DNA of 64,000 bases from assembly GCA_030390025.1 (NCBI GenBank), contig CM059432.1, positions 131,318,001-131,382,000 of the forward strand. Direction: 5' to 3'. The notes beneath the pieces were generated by a model. It was not told where the DNA came from, did no database searches, and was given only the letters and a program-made list of their open reading frames with translations. Positions 50,429 to 62,921 of the stretch are shown piece by piece. The translations under genes and the position numbers were made by a program. The stretch's first letter is position 1; every line of letters begins with the position of its first letter. This stretch comes from Squalus acanthias. Its lineage: Eukaryota.

Positions 50429-53400
50429 ACGATCACAGAATGGTAGTCACTGTTTTGTGTTCTGCAATCATGTACCATAAAAGTACAGAGTAGATATTTA
50501 CAAGAAGCTAGTTGCTTTAACTAATTAGTTGGGCCAAACAGTTTGCGTGGATCACTTTGTTGTTCATTTGCTAGAACGACCGACCACAGGAAGTCTTCCG
50601 GCACATATTTGTTTACAATGATGACGGCAACAACAAAATGTTGAATGTATACCTCGCTTTTAACATAAACAAAAATCCCAACGTGCTTCACAACAGCGTA
50701 AGGAGAATGAATGCTAAGCTAAAGAAGCAGAGATTAGGAGGGGTGACAAAGGTTTGATCAACGAGATGGGTTTTAAGGAGAGGGAAGTGGAGGGGTGAAG
50801 GGATTCCAGGAGGGAACTCCAGAGTTGGACCTAAGCAGTTGAAGGCTCGGTAGGGCAAAGGGAGGAAGAATGCACAAGAGGCCAGAGTCAGAGGAAGAGA
50901 GAGTTTAGGAGGGTTGTATGGCTGGTGTAAGTTACAAAGATAGGAAGGGGCAAGGACATGAAGAGATTTAAACACAAGGAGAGGAATTTTTAATTTGAGA
51001 CGGTGAGAGACTGGGAGCTAATGCACACCAGCGAGGACAGGGGTAATGGGCAAGCGGGACTTCGTGCAGGATAGAATATGGTCAGCAGTGTTTTGAATGG
51101 AGAGTGGAGGATTGGAGGGTATGCAGGAGAGCACTGAAGCAGGAGAGTCTGAGGATAGCAAAGGCATGTATGAGGTTCCAGTGGCAAATGGGCGGAGACA
51201 TCGGAAGAGGCAGGGAATGCTACTGAAGCAGAAGTAAGCAGTCTTTGTGATGGAGGAGGATGTGTGTCCAGAAGGAGCTTGGGGTTGATCTGGATGCTGA
51301 GGTTGCAACAGTCTGGGACAGTGGATAAGGAGGGGGGTGGAGTCAGTGGTGAGGGTATAGAGTTTGTTGCTTCAGTTTCCCAATATTTACTGAAGGAAGT
51401 AGTCTGACAACATGGAATTAGTGGTGGAGGCGGGGGCGCGTGGGGTGGCAGTGAGAGTGTTGATGGAGAGGTAGATCTGAGTGGTGGTTGTAAGGAATGT
51501 TGCCCTGGGCACATGAAGTATTCCCTGCCCTTCTTTAAGTAGTGCTATCTAAACAGGCAGATAGAGGTTCAGAAAGACAGCTCACCTGGCAATGCAGCAC
51601 CCTACCTGTACTGAATTAAAGGGTCAGCCTAGACTGTATGAGGCTTAGAAACCACAACATTCTTACTCAGAGGCATCAGAGTTCAGAAGAATAGTTTCAC
51701 TACCTCTTCCATTGTTAAGTCAGCAAGTGTGCTCCGAAATTCAATTTGCTTTTTCACATGATTCTCTCTGTATATCTCTCTCTTTATGCCCTTTCTCCCT
51801 TTTTGTAGACTTTTTACTAGCCTTTATCTTGTGGTGACTACCTTAAAGAATCCATTTTTATTTTGTTTATCTTGAAGGTTTTCTCAACTCCCTTCGCGTT
51901 CTTGCTAGGGTACAGTCCCCTTGGGTGTTGCGTGCTCTCTGGTACCACGAGCCATGACCGTGGGTGTTGGCAGGCTATTTGACCATGGGGGCAACATCAG
52001 AGCCAAGAACAATTCTGTCCTCCTCCCCATGTCCATATGTGCACTCTGCAACAGAGGCTGCTGGATAGCAATCAGATCTATAAACCCTAATCAGCCTTTT
52101 TTTCCCCCCCTTTCCTTGACTTCTCCATATTAGGTATTAGTTCATCCTTCCCAACCTCTCGATGTACGTTGATTTCTCCTGCTAAATTTGAATGAGCAAG
52201 TCAGCAAATGCTTTGGGATTAGACTGGTTTTCAGAGCACTGCCTCCTATTAGGGTTCCCTGACTCCAGGAGGGAGATGTGCAAATTGGTAAGCCAGAAGG
52301 GGGTGATTAAGAAAGCTGGATAGGGAGGGGAGAAACGGCCTGTACAGATGTCTCTGCCACTCTGAGTGCCTTTCAACATCAATTGAGTACTAAAGCATGC
52401 AAGTGTGCACTAACACTGAGCCTTTATTTATGGAAAGGTTAGAGAACAAGTCAACAGAAACTTGCATATTAATACTGAAACCGCATTCTAAGTTTGGGAG
52501 GGGGTTGAGGCAGCAATCAGGAGTGTGGGGGGGGGTGGGGGAAACGGGGAGGTTGTGACCGGGTCAAGGCGGAAATCAGGGCGGTGGGGGTGAGGGGGCG
52601 CGGGGATGTCAAGCTGTGGCCGGCAGTTTTAAAGTGCACCTCCTGGCTCCACATTCAGATGAGTTTTTTTAATTTACTTTTTTTGATGGTGGCCCGTAGC
52701 ACTGGCTGTGTTCAGGGTAAACCAATTTGGTAAAGGGGGCATCAAACAGGTGTTAGACCCCTTATTTGCATATGCAATGGAGCCTAATGCCTGTTTCAGG
52801 CACGGGCCCTGGACGCCTCTTTTGATGCCTATTCTAATATGGTGGGCGGCACATTTCCGGTTCCAAATGTGCACGCACACTCCAGCCGCCATATTGGACA
52901 CTTTGGCACCTGTTTTACATCTGTAAAATGGGCGCAGAATCATTGAATTTCTAGACCATATAGTCCAATTCCAATTTAGCAGTTCTGGGTGTACTTGTTG
53001 ATTTCAAATAAACACACCAGGCCCAATGGTGATTGAATTTTAAAGGTAAATTTTGCAAACTGAGGGTCCCAGTGCAGAGCCTCACTCAACATGAATGCAG
53101 ATTGGATAATTGAGCATAGAGGTCAGCACACCTCATTTGAGGCATTGCTAATTTTCCGACTATTAGAAGTTTTTATTGTAAATGGGTGGAAGTCAGAGAG
53201 AGAATAATTTCACTACCATTAAGGATGATGGGTAAACTCTACCTCCCACATCATTAACCTAATTCTTCTTCACCTGAAGCAGGAGGTTTTCACTTCCGGG
53301 TTTCCCGACCCCTGGGAAACCCGCGCAGCAACAGTCCATTTTGTGGGAAGCGCGATTTAAATATGTTAATGAAGTGTCCCGCCACGCGGACGCCATGAAA

Positions 53401-54049
53401 CCTGCCGCCGTGAAAATGTCATAACGTCCTCATAGACACAGATTTTCTCTTTGTTGTGTGTTCTACTTTGCATACGTTGTCTGGCCAAAATGTCACAGCC
53501 AATCTAAACGTACACAGAATAGGGAGTCCCACAGTGCAGCCAGTTTAATGGAAGACTGGCTGGATTGCACACAACTCCGTGCAGGAGGGTGGTGGACACA
53601 CTCCCAATTTCTGCACTGAACCAAGCCCCGAGTGCAGATACATTTTATGATAAGGGGATTCATTGCCCTCTTAGAGATGCTACTTCTCATACTTTCAAAC
53701 ATTCCTATTAGGCTCTGCCGCTGGCTGCCACAAAGTTCCCAGTCAGTCCTTGGGGTAACCTCAAGTTGCGGGAAGTGAAACAGATAGTTGTACGATGATT
53801 GCAAAGCTGTATTTAGCTCCGATGGTTGAGTGGTTGGATCAATGGGATATATGGGTGCCAAGGAACATGAAGGTGCACTTTAACATTGCAGCTCTCTCAC
53901 CAACAACCACTGATTGGTTGGTTATTTGCAGGAGTCATGTGGATTTTGCAATCTTGTTTTTATTGATGCCCTGGCATTCTATAATATGGAATCTATAAGT
54001 ACCAATTCTTATTAATAACTGTTAAGTCTAAGTAATATCTTCCACTGAC

Positions 54050-54129
54050 CTCATCTCCAGCACCATCACCAGTATGCTTATCTAAGCTAAAGATCTCATC
54101 CTTCATTATGGATTCTTCCGTATCGCTAT
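54050..54129 (-). CDS. Coiled-coil host gene, candidate internal exon A (..SDTEESIMKDEIFSLDKHTGDGAGDE)
   Basis: Pyrimidine-rich acceptor ttgtttttattcttAG and donor GAG|GTCAGT. 80 nt, phase 1 to 0, open frame compatible with the next exon. Confidence 0.65.
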
Positions 54130-55257
54130 CTAAGAATAAAAACAAGAATAAAACAGGCATTTTATATTTCTCAGTGGCAATGGTGTTTCATACGACACTT
54201 TGTCTTGTCCTATAAAAGGCACAGAATTTCATTACAAACCCTGACCACCTTAAAAATCCCGATTGTCAATCACTCTTCATAACAGTTGACAAATATTTTC
54301 CCCAGTATTTTACTTTAAAGAGAAACGACTAACCTTACTTTTGGTTAGTTTGAATGGCTGATGATTAAAATTGTGCTGGGTGTCATTTTCCTGCAGTCGA
54401 TTTGTGAAACATAATTTTGTTTGACAGAGAAAACAGCTAATCACAATCCACCTGTAAAAATATTCCTTCTACACTTTTCAAGTCACTTATAAACAGTATA
54501 GAATCATAGAATAGTACAGCACAGAAGGAGGCCATTCGGCCCATCGAGTCTGCGCCGGCTCTCTCGAAGAGCAATCCAGTTAGTCCCACTACCCCCCCGC
54601 TCTTTCCCCAAAACCCTGCAATATTTTCTCCTTCAAGTATTTATCCAATTCCCTTGAAGGCTACGATTGAATCTGTTTCCACCACCCCATCAGGCAGTGC
54701 ATTCCAAATCCTAACCACTTGTTGCGTAAAAAAGTTTTTCCTCATGTCGCCTCTGGTTCTTTTGCCAATCACCTTAAATCTCGTGCCCTCTCTCTCGTTA
54801 TCGTATAAAATCATGAAAGTTCATTCAGCCAGCTGTGCAGTACAGAAAACTTTTGAATTATGGCTCAGCCTGCAAGTTAGAAAGCCTAATATACTAACTA
54901 GTATATGGAGGTGCTGACAGATGGGATGATGCAATGGTGTGATGCAAGAGAGCATGGCAATAAGTAACAGACTGCAAGCAGAGTTTCCAACCAGCAACCT
55001 ATTTCCACTAGCATGGAAGGTGCATGCAACAAATGGTGAAAAAAGGGTCGCAATCCCTTTTGCTGGATACCTGCCCAAATAGTGCAGCGCACAATCTTCC
55101 AACAGGTGCAAGAGATTCATTTTAATATGCTAACACATGCTGGTGGCTCCTAGTGCAATTTCTTGTCTGTTGAGAATGGGATCATGCTGTGCAATCTGCT
55201 TGTCCATGCTGAAAATGGAAGCTCCATATTTGAAAGAGTTCTTAAAGGTATCTCCAA

Positions 55258-57995
55258 GATATTCAGCGTTCCTTGATCTACTGCTCTCGCCACATCCTGA
55301 GATCCACGCTTAACGCCATGCGTCGCCACATGAACACTCTCGACTTCTCTCTTCAGCAGCACCGACTCACTATCTCAAAGCTGTCCTGGTCCGCAGTTCC
55401 ATTTCATCCTTCGCCTCCTCCGGCGCTTCAACAAAAAACTTTTTTTCTTCCTTTCAGATGTCAAGGATCGCAAGCTTCAACAACTCTTGGACACCATCGC
55501 CCCTCCGGAACCTTCTTCCCCTTCACTTTCCTCTGACCCCATCCCTTCTTCCAATCTCAGCCCCTGTCGTGTTTTCACTAGCCCCTCTGACCTTCCCCTC
55601 TCTGACCCCAAACGATTAGTCCTCAGCAAAGGCCTGAGCTTCATCCCCTTACCCCCCACTTCAATGAATTTTGAGCTCGGCATGTTGCCGAGCTCTTTTT
55701 CCGTCGCCTTCGACCCCGTGCCCACTTCTTTGGCCAGCAGTCTCCGCATGACCCTTTCTCCCGCTTTCAGAATTCTCGTTCTGGACCCCTCTCTCTGGCC
55801 TCTTAACCTCTCTAGATCTTTTCACTGCAAACTGCCGGCGTGACATCGACTGTCTCAATTTCTCTGCTCATCTCACTCACTCCAACCTACCTCCCTCTGA
55901 ACTCTCCCATCCAACCCAGACATTGTCATTAAACCTGCTGACAAGGGTGGTGCTGTTGTTGTTTGGCAAACCGAACTCTACCATGCGGAAGCTGAACGCC
56001 AACTCTCCGACACCTCCTCCTACCTCCCCCTGGACCATGACCCCACTACCAAACATCAAGCCATTGTTTCCAAGACTGTCACTGACCTCATCTCCTCTGG
56101 AGATCTTCCCTCCATGGCTGTCAACCTCATAGTCCCCCAACCCCGCACAGCCCGCTTCTACCTCCTTCCCAAGATCCACAAACAGGGTTGCCCTGGTAGA
56201 TCCATTGTTTCAGCCTGTTCTTGCCCCACAGAACAGATTTCTTCCTATCTCGACTCTATTTTTTCTCCCCTGTCCAATCTCTTCCCACCTACATTCACGA
56301 CTCTTCCGACGCCCTCTGCCACTTTAACAGTTTCCAGTTTCCTGGCCCCAACCGTCTCCTTTTCACTATGGACGTCCAATCCCTCTACACCTCCATCCCC
56401 CACCAGGACGGTAAGAGGGCGCTCTGCTTCTTCCTTGAACAGAGGCCCAACTAGTCCCCATCCACCACCACCCTCCTCCGCCTGGCTGAACTTGTTCTTA
56501 CATTGAACAACTTCTCCTTTGACTCCACTCACTTCCTCCAAATTAAAGGTGCTGCTATGGGAACCTGCATGGGCCCTAGCTATGCCTGCCTTTTTGTGGG
56601 ATATGTGGAACACTCTTTGTTCCAGTCCTACTCAGGTCCCCTCCCTCACTTCTTTTTCCAGTACATTGATGACTGTATTGGTGCCTTGTCCTGCTCTCGC
56701 CCTGAACTAGAAAATTGCATTCACTTTGCTTCCAATTTCCACCCTTCCCTCACCTTCACATGGTCCATCTCCGACTCTTCCCTTCCCTTCCTTGACTTCT
56801 CTGTCTCCATTTCTGGGGATAGGTTATCGACAAACATCCACTACAAGCCCACTGACTCCCACAGCTACCTGGACTACACTTCCTCCCACCCCACTCCCTG
56901 TAAGGACTCGATTCCATTCTCCCAGTTTCTCCGTCTCTGCCGCATCTGTTCTGACGATGCCACCTTCCATACTAGTGCTTCCGATATGTCTTCCTTTTTC
57001 CTCAACCGAGGATTCCCCTCTACTATGGTTGACATGGCCCTTGACCATGTCCATTCCATTTCCCGCACTTCTGCTCTCACCCCTTCTCCCTCCCAGAACC
57101 ACGATAGGGTTCCCCTTGTCCTCACCTTTCACCCCACCAGCCTCCACATTTAATGGATCATCCTCTGCCATTTCCGCCACCTCCAGCGTAATCCCACCAC
57201 CAAACGCATCTTCCCCTCCCCTCCCCTTTCAGCATTCCGAAGGGACCGCTCCCTCCGCAACACCCTGATCCACTCCTCAATCATCTCCAACAGCCCCTCC
57301 CCTCCCCACGGCACCTTCCCGTGCAAGCGCAGGAGATGCAACACCTGCCCTTCCCACTGTCCAGGGCCCCAAACACCCCTTCCAGGTGAAACAGCGATTT
57401 ACTTGAACTTCTTGCAATTTATTATACTGTATTCGCTGCTCAGAATGCGGTCTCCTCTACATTGGGGAGACCAAACGCAGATTGGGTGACCACTTTGTGG
57501 AACACCTCCGTTCAGTCCGTAAGGGTGACCCCGAGCTTCCGGTCGCTTGTCACTTTAATTCTCCACTCCACTCCCACTCTGACCTCTCTGTCCTCGGCCT
57601 CTTACGCTGTTCCAATGAAGCTCAACGTAAGCTCGAGGAACAGCACCTCATCTTTCGATTAGGCACTTTACAGCCTTCTGGACTCAACATCGAGTTCAAC
57701 AATTTCAGACTATAACCCCTGCCCCTAATTTTTCACATGGCAGCTGCTGATGATTCTGCCATCTCCATTTGCAACATTTAATCTCTCCTGCCTTCGACCC
57801 TATCACAGACCGTCCCTTTTGTTCTTTCTTTCTTCCCCTCCCCACTTTCCCTGCCTCTGCACCTGCTTAAAATCTGTTACATCGCTAACATTTTCCAGTT
57901 TTGACGAAGGGTCACAGACCTAAAAGGTTAACTCTGTTGCTCTCTCCACGGACACTGCCTGGCCTGCTGAGTGTTTCCAGCATTTTCTGTTATTT
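55258..57995 (+). mobile_element. Penelope-like element, longest copy (N-terminal region, RT, GIY-YIG, pLTR); decayed
   Basis: VIKPADKGGAVVV, FYLLPKIHK, TMDVQSLYTSIPH, GAAMGTCMGPSYA, QYIDD and LYIGETKR motifs. Confidence 0.95.
57897..57933 (+). ncRNA. Degenerate hammerhead motif in pLTR (core mutated)
   Basis: AGTT-TTGACGA-A-GGGTC-aca-GACCT-AAAA-GGTT-AACT. Confidence 0.45.
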
Positions 57996-58177
57996 TTTTA
58001 AAGGTGCTGATGCTCTTACAGAGTCATAACGGCACAGAAGGAGACCATTCGGCCCATCGAGTTCATGCCAGCTCTCTGTAGAGCAATCCAGTCAGTCCCA
58101 TTCCCCCGCTCTATCCCCGTAGCCCTGAAAGTTTATTTCCCTCAAGTGCCTATCCAGTCTACCCTTGAAAACATTGA

Positions 58178-58920
58178 GGGCTGGATTTTGTCTTGGGGTC
58201 GGGTTGGGGTCGTGTAATCCGCATTTCGTGTTTCCCCCCCCGACTCCAGATTAATGTGGATGAATGATGCAATTTTCACTTAATTGGGCAATTGAGTTCC
58301 AGCATGTGGGAACCCATGAAGTAATTAGTGGTTTCAGTCTGAAAGTCGCCTCTGATGATGTCATCATTGCTGATTGCCTAGTCTCAGAGACTGTTGGTGA
58401 GAGAGGACCTGCCTGGTTTGCTTTTGATGTGAGTGGACCTGGATGCAAAATAGGGGAGAGAGAGAGAGAAATAATTTTTTTTTTGCATCCAAGTCCTCTC
58501 ACAGCAAAGGCCAGGCAGTCTCTGAACACATTCAATGCAGCAGCGGCGACTTTCAGACCTAATACTACTACTACCTTCATCACATCTCCGTTGTAATAGT
58601 GGACCTGCAGCTGATAGTCAGCTATCCACTTGTGCTCCCGCCAGGTTTAACTGGAGTGTTTCACACCAGGCGTACTTCACGTCAGAAAAGGGTTAAACTA
58701 GCTGAAACGTTTCAAAATGGCATTACAGAGCCAATTTAGAGCTTGTTAAGGGCTTTAATGGCCTCTCCCGCCTCTTGGAGGCGGGACGGAGTCGGGAACC
58801 CCGTGTCTGATTTTGTCAAAATTGCGTGGAGTCGGGATGGGGTCGGAAACCCCGACCCCGCAAATTTAACCCCCCACACGCCTCCAAACCCGACTCCATG
58901 GGTCATTCAAAATCCAGCCC
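58178..58920. mobile_element. Harbinger-type MITE with TGA TSD
   Basis: Perfect 13-bp TIR GGGCTGGATTTTG / CAAAATCCAGCCC; TGA on both flanks. Confidence 0.92.
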
Positions 58921-60514
58921 TGAGTGTCTCCCCTTCCACCACTTCCGTCGGCAGCAAATTCCAGGTCATCATCACTCGCTGTGTAAAAAAGCTTTTCCTC
59001 ACGTCCCCCCTGTATCTCTTGTCCAAAACCTTAAATCTGTGTCCCCTAGTCCTTGTACCATCAACTAGTGGGAACAGCCTTTCCCCATCTAGCCTATCCA
59101 AACCCGTCATAATCTTGTACACCTCTATCAAATCACCCTTCAACCTCCTTTGCTCCAATGAAAACAATCCAGCTTCTCCAACCTGTCTTTCTAGCTAAGA
59201 TTCCCCATCCCCGGAACCATTTTGGTAAATCTCCTCTGCACCCTCTCAAGGGCCTTCACATCCTTCCTAAAGTGCGGTGACCAGAACTGGACGCAATACT
59301 CCAGTTGTGACCTAACCAGCACTTTATAAAGGTTCAGCATAACTTCTCTACTTTTGTACCCAATACTTCTATTTATGAAGCCCAAGATCCCATATGCTTT
59401 GCTAACCACTCTCTCAATATGTCCTGCCACCTTCAGGGACCTATGCACATTAACTCCCAGGTCCCTCTGTCCCTGTACACTCTTTAAAACTGTGCCATTA
59501 AGTGTATATTGCCTCTCCCTGTTCCTTCTGCCAAAATGCATCACCTCACACTTCTTTGTATTAAATTCCATCTGCCACTTGTCTGCCCATTCTGCAAGCC
59601 TTTCTATGTCCTGTTGCAGTCGATTGATATCATCACTGTTTGCCACACCCCCAAGTTTGGTGTCATCGACAAATTTAGAAATTCTACTCTGTATTCCAAT
59701 ATCCAGGTCATTTATATATATCAAAAAAAGCATTGGCCCCAGCACTGACCCTTGGGGAACACCACGGTCTACCATCCTCCAGTCTGAACAACAGCCATCT
59801 ACCACAACTCGCTGTTTTCTGTCCTTAAGCCAATTCCTTATCCAAGCTGCCACTGACCCACCTATTCCATGAGCTTCAATTTTGTTAACCAGCCTTCTAT
59901 GTGGTACTTTGTCAAACGCCTTCTGAAAATCCATGTAGACAACATCCATTGCATTCCCTTCATCAATCTTCTTTGTTACTTCATCAAAAAATTCAATTAG
60001 ATTAGTCAAACATGATCTTCCTTTTACAAACCTGTGTTGGCTCTCCTGAATTAGCTTAAACCTCTCCAAATGCCCGTTAATTTTTTCCTTGATTATTGTT
60101 TCTAAAGCTTTACCCACCACTGATGTTAAATTGACTGGCCTGTAGTTACTAGGATTGTCCTTGCACCCTTTCTTGAACAATGGTGTCACATTTGCCACTT
60201 TCCAATCCTCGGGCACCTCCCCCGCATCTAGGGAAGATTGGAAAATTATGGCAAGCCCCTCCACTATCTCCTCCCCCAATTCCCTTAGCAACCTGGGATG
60301 CAAGCCATCTGGACCAGGCGACTTGTCCACTCTAAGCATACCCAGCATTTCTAGTACATCCTGTCTATCAATTTTCACCCCTTCCGTTGCTTCTACCTTT
60401 TCCACTTCTACCAATATTTTGTCAGCATCCACCTCCTTAGTAAACACCGATACAAAGTACTCATTGAGTATTCTAGCCTTGCCTTGCGATTCTAAGGAAT
60501 ATATCACCTTCTAG

Positions 60515-61312
60515 GGGCTGGATTTTCTCAATGGAGACGAGTTGGAGGCGGGACTGCTGCTTGTCGGGTCAATCTCCCGCCTCCATCATCTTCTAGCCAA
60601 CCAGCGTGATTTTCTCCTGATTGACCTTGTTAGGCCCACCCTGCGGGCTCAGCAGGCCAATTAGGGGAGGAAGTCACTGACAGAGCACGTCAACGTCTGA
60701 CGTGCTATCTGTCAAGACTTCTTGAAAGAAGAAATGTCAGCGTTTGACAGCTCTGTGAAGCTGTCAAACACTGACATTCTCTGTAGTTTAATGAGACCTT
60801 GTGTTCAGGACTCATCAAACCTTTCAACTTTGTAGATTTCAGATGGCTGTTGGGTCGGAGGATCCAACAGCCAGTCTGTGAAATCAACAAGGAAGATGTC
60901 GGGTCTCCCGATCCAGGGTGGATGAAGGCTGTAGGCAGAAAACAAGGTAAGTGAACATTTTTTAACACTTAACACTCACCTTCCATACTTACCACTCCAC
61001 ACTTGCACCCATCACTCACCTCTACATCTTACTTTCAGGAGCATCCGACCCCCGCAGACCTCCTTCACATTTCCTCCAACCAGTCAGAGTTCTCCGAGGT
61101 TGGGAAACCTAAAATGGCACTAATCCTTTTTTCTGCCTGTTAACTACCCGTTAACAGGCAGTTAAAAGGATTTAATCCCTTTCCCGCCTCCAGGAGACGG
61201 GGCCTGAAGCAGCACATCTTCCCGCCTCCTGGCAAAAGGGCATGGAGGCGGGATGGGGGCGGGTTTGCCATCCGCCCCCACTTTCTGCTACTTTACCGGC
61301 AGTCCCGCCTCC
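60515..61312. mobile_element. Harbinger-type MITE lacking its right TIR
   Basis: Left TIR GGGCTGGATTTT. Colinear with 24273-25066 but stops about 30 bp short of the end. Confidence 0.8.
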
Positions 61313-62332
61313 ATGCCCTTTGTCTCTAATAGGTCCCACCCGCTTACTGTTTACATGCCGGTAGAAGATTTTTGGGTTCCCTTTTATGTTAACCGTCATT
61401 CTACTCTCATATTTCTCTTTACCAATCTTATTTTCATCTTCACATCCCCTCTCAACTTATTGTATTTGGTCTGGTTCTCCTTGAAGAATTCACCTGACAT
61501 GCATCATACACCCTCTTTTTTTGTTTCATCATCTTCTCTATCTCCTTCGTCATCGAAGGAGCCCTTGCTTTGATTCCCTTACCCTTCCCTCTTGTTGGAA
61601 TGTACCTAGCCTGTACTTGGAGCATCTCCTCCTGAAAGATCACCCATTGTTCCGTTACAGTTTTTCCTGTCAGTCTTTGGTTCCATTTTACCATAACTAG
61701 ATCCTTTCACATCCCATTGAAGTTAGCCCTATTCCAGTTTAGAAGTTCCACTCTAGATTGTTCCTTGCTCCTCTCCATTGCTAATCTAAATCTTATGATA
61801 CGATGATCACTCATACCCAAGTGTTCTCCCACAGACACTTGGTCGACCTGGCCCACCTCATTCCCCAGCACCAGATCCAGCAATGCCTCCTTCCTAGTTG
61901 GGCTAAGAACATATTGGTCAAGGAAATTCTCCTGAACACATTTCAGAAATTCCTCCCCCTCCTTTCCCTTTACCCCAGCATTATCCCAATCGATATTTGG
62001 GTAATTAAAGTCCCCTAATATCACCACTCTATAGCTCTTGCATATCTCTGCGATTTCCCTGCAGATTTGCTCCTCTACCTCCCTCTCACTATTCGGAGGC
62101 CTATAGAATACCCCCAATAGCATGATCATACCCTTTTTGCTCCTCAACTCTAACCAAATGGATTCTGTCCTTGTCCCTTCAAGAACATCCTCCCTTTCCA
62201 ACACTGTAACAACATTGTTGACCATTGTTTTTATTTTCAGTAGCTTCACAGGGATGGTTTTTGTTTTTTTGGAGACCTTTACAAGTCTGGTTTTTCTCTC
62301 AGGTATTCTGTTGCTTTTTTAGCCATCAAAAC

Positions 62333-62921
62333 AGTATATCGCCGTTCCTTCATCGTCGCTGGGTCAAAATCCTGGAACTCGCTCCCTAACAGCACTGTGG
62401 GAGTACCTTCACCACACGGACTGCAGCGGTTCTAGAAGGTGGCTTACCGCCACCTTCTCAAGGGCAATTAGGGAAGGGCAATAAATGATGGCCTTGTTAG
62501 GTAGGGTGTTCCAGGATTTTGACCCAGTGACAATGAAGGAACAGCGATATATTTCCAAGTAAGGCTGGTGTGTGACTTGGAGGGGAACTTGAAGGTGATG
62601 GTGTACCCATGCGCCTCCTGCCCATGTCCTTCTAAATGGTAGTGGTCACGGGTTTGGGAGGTGCTGTCGAGGAAGCCTTGATGTGTTGCTGTGGTGCATC
62701 TTGCAGATGGTACACACTGCAGCCACGGTGCGCTGGTGGTGGAGGGAGTGAATGTTTAAGGTGGTGGATGGGGTGCCAATCAAGCGGGTTGCTTTGTCCT
62801 GGATAGTGTCAAGCTTCTTGTGTGTTGTTGGAGCTGCACTCATCCAGGCAAGTGGAGAGTATTCCATCACACTCCTGACTTGTGCCTTGTAGGTTGTGGA
62901 AAGGCTTTGAGGAGTCAGGAG
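62333..62921. mobile_element. Two tail-to-tail fragments of a CR1/L2-group LINE 3' end
   Basis: ORF 62646..62945 reads YKAQVRSVMEYSPLAW..LDTIQ. 62335-62380 is inverted relative to 62505-62551. Confidence 0.75.

Larger units (their letters stand above)
58018..62222 (-). mobile_element. Long CR1 LINE (endonuclease + RT + 3' tail), split by two MITEs
   Basis: ORF 61707..62249 has YRPP, GDFN and SDH. ORF 59191..60507 has [19 protein letters not shown] and FVDD. Tail at 58018-58170. Confidence 0.96.

Noticed and set aside
59354..59872. Antisense ORFs over LINE and Penelope coding regions
   Set aside because: They are shadow frames of retroelement ORFs with no independent coding evidence.
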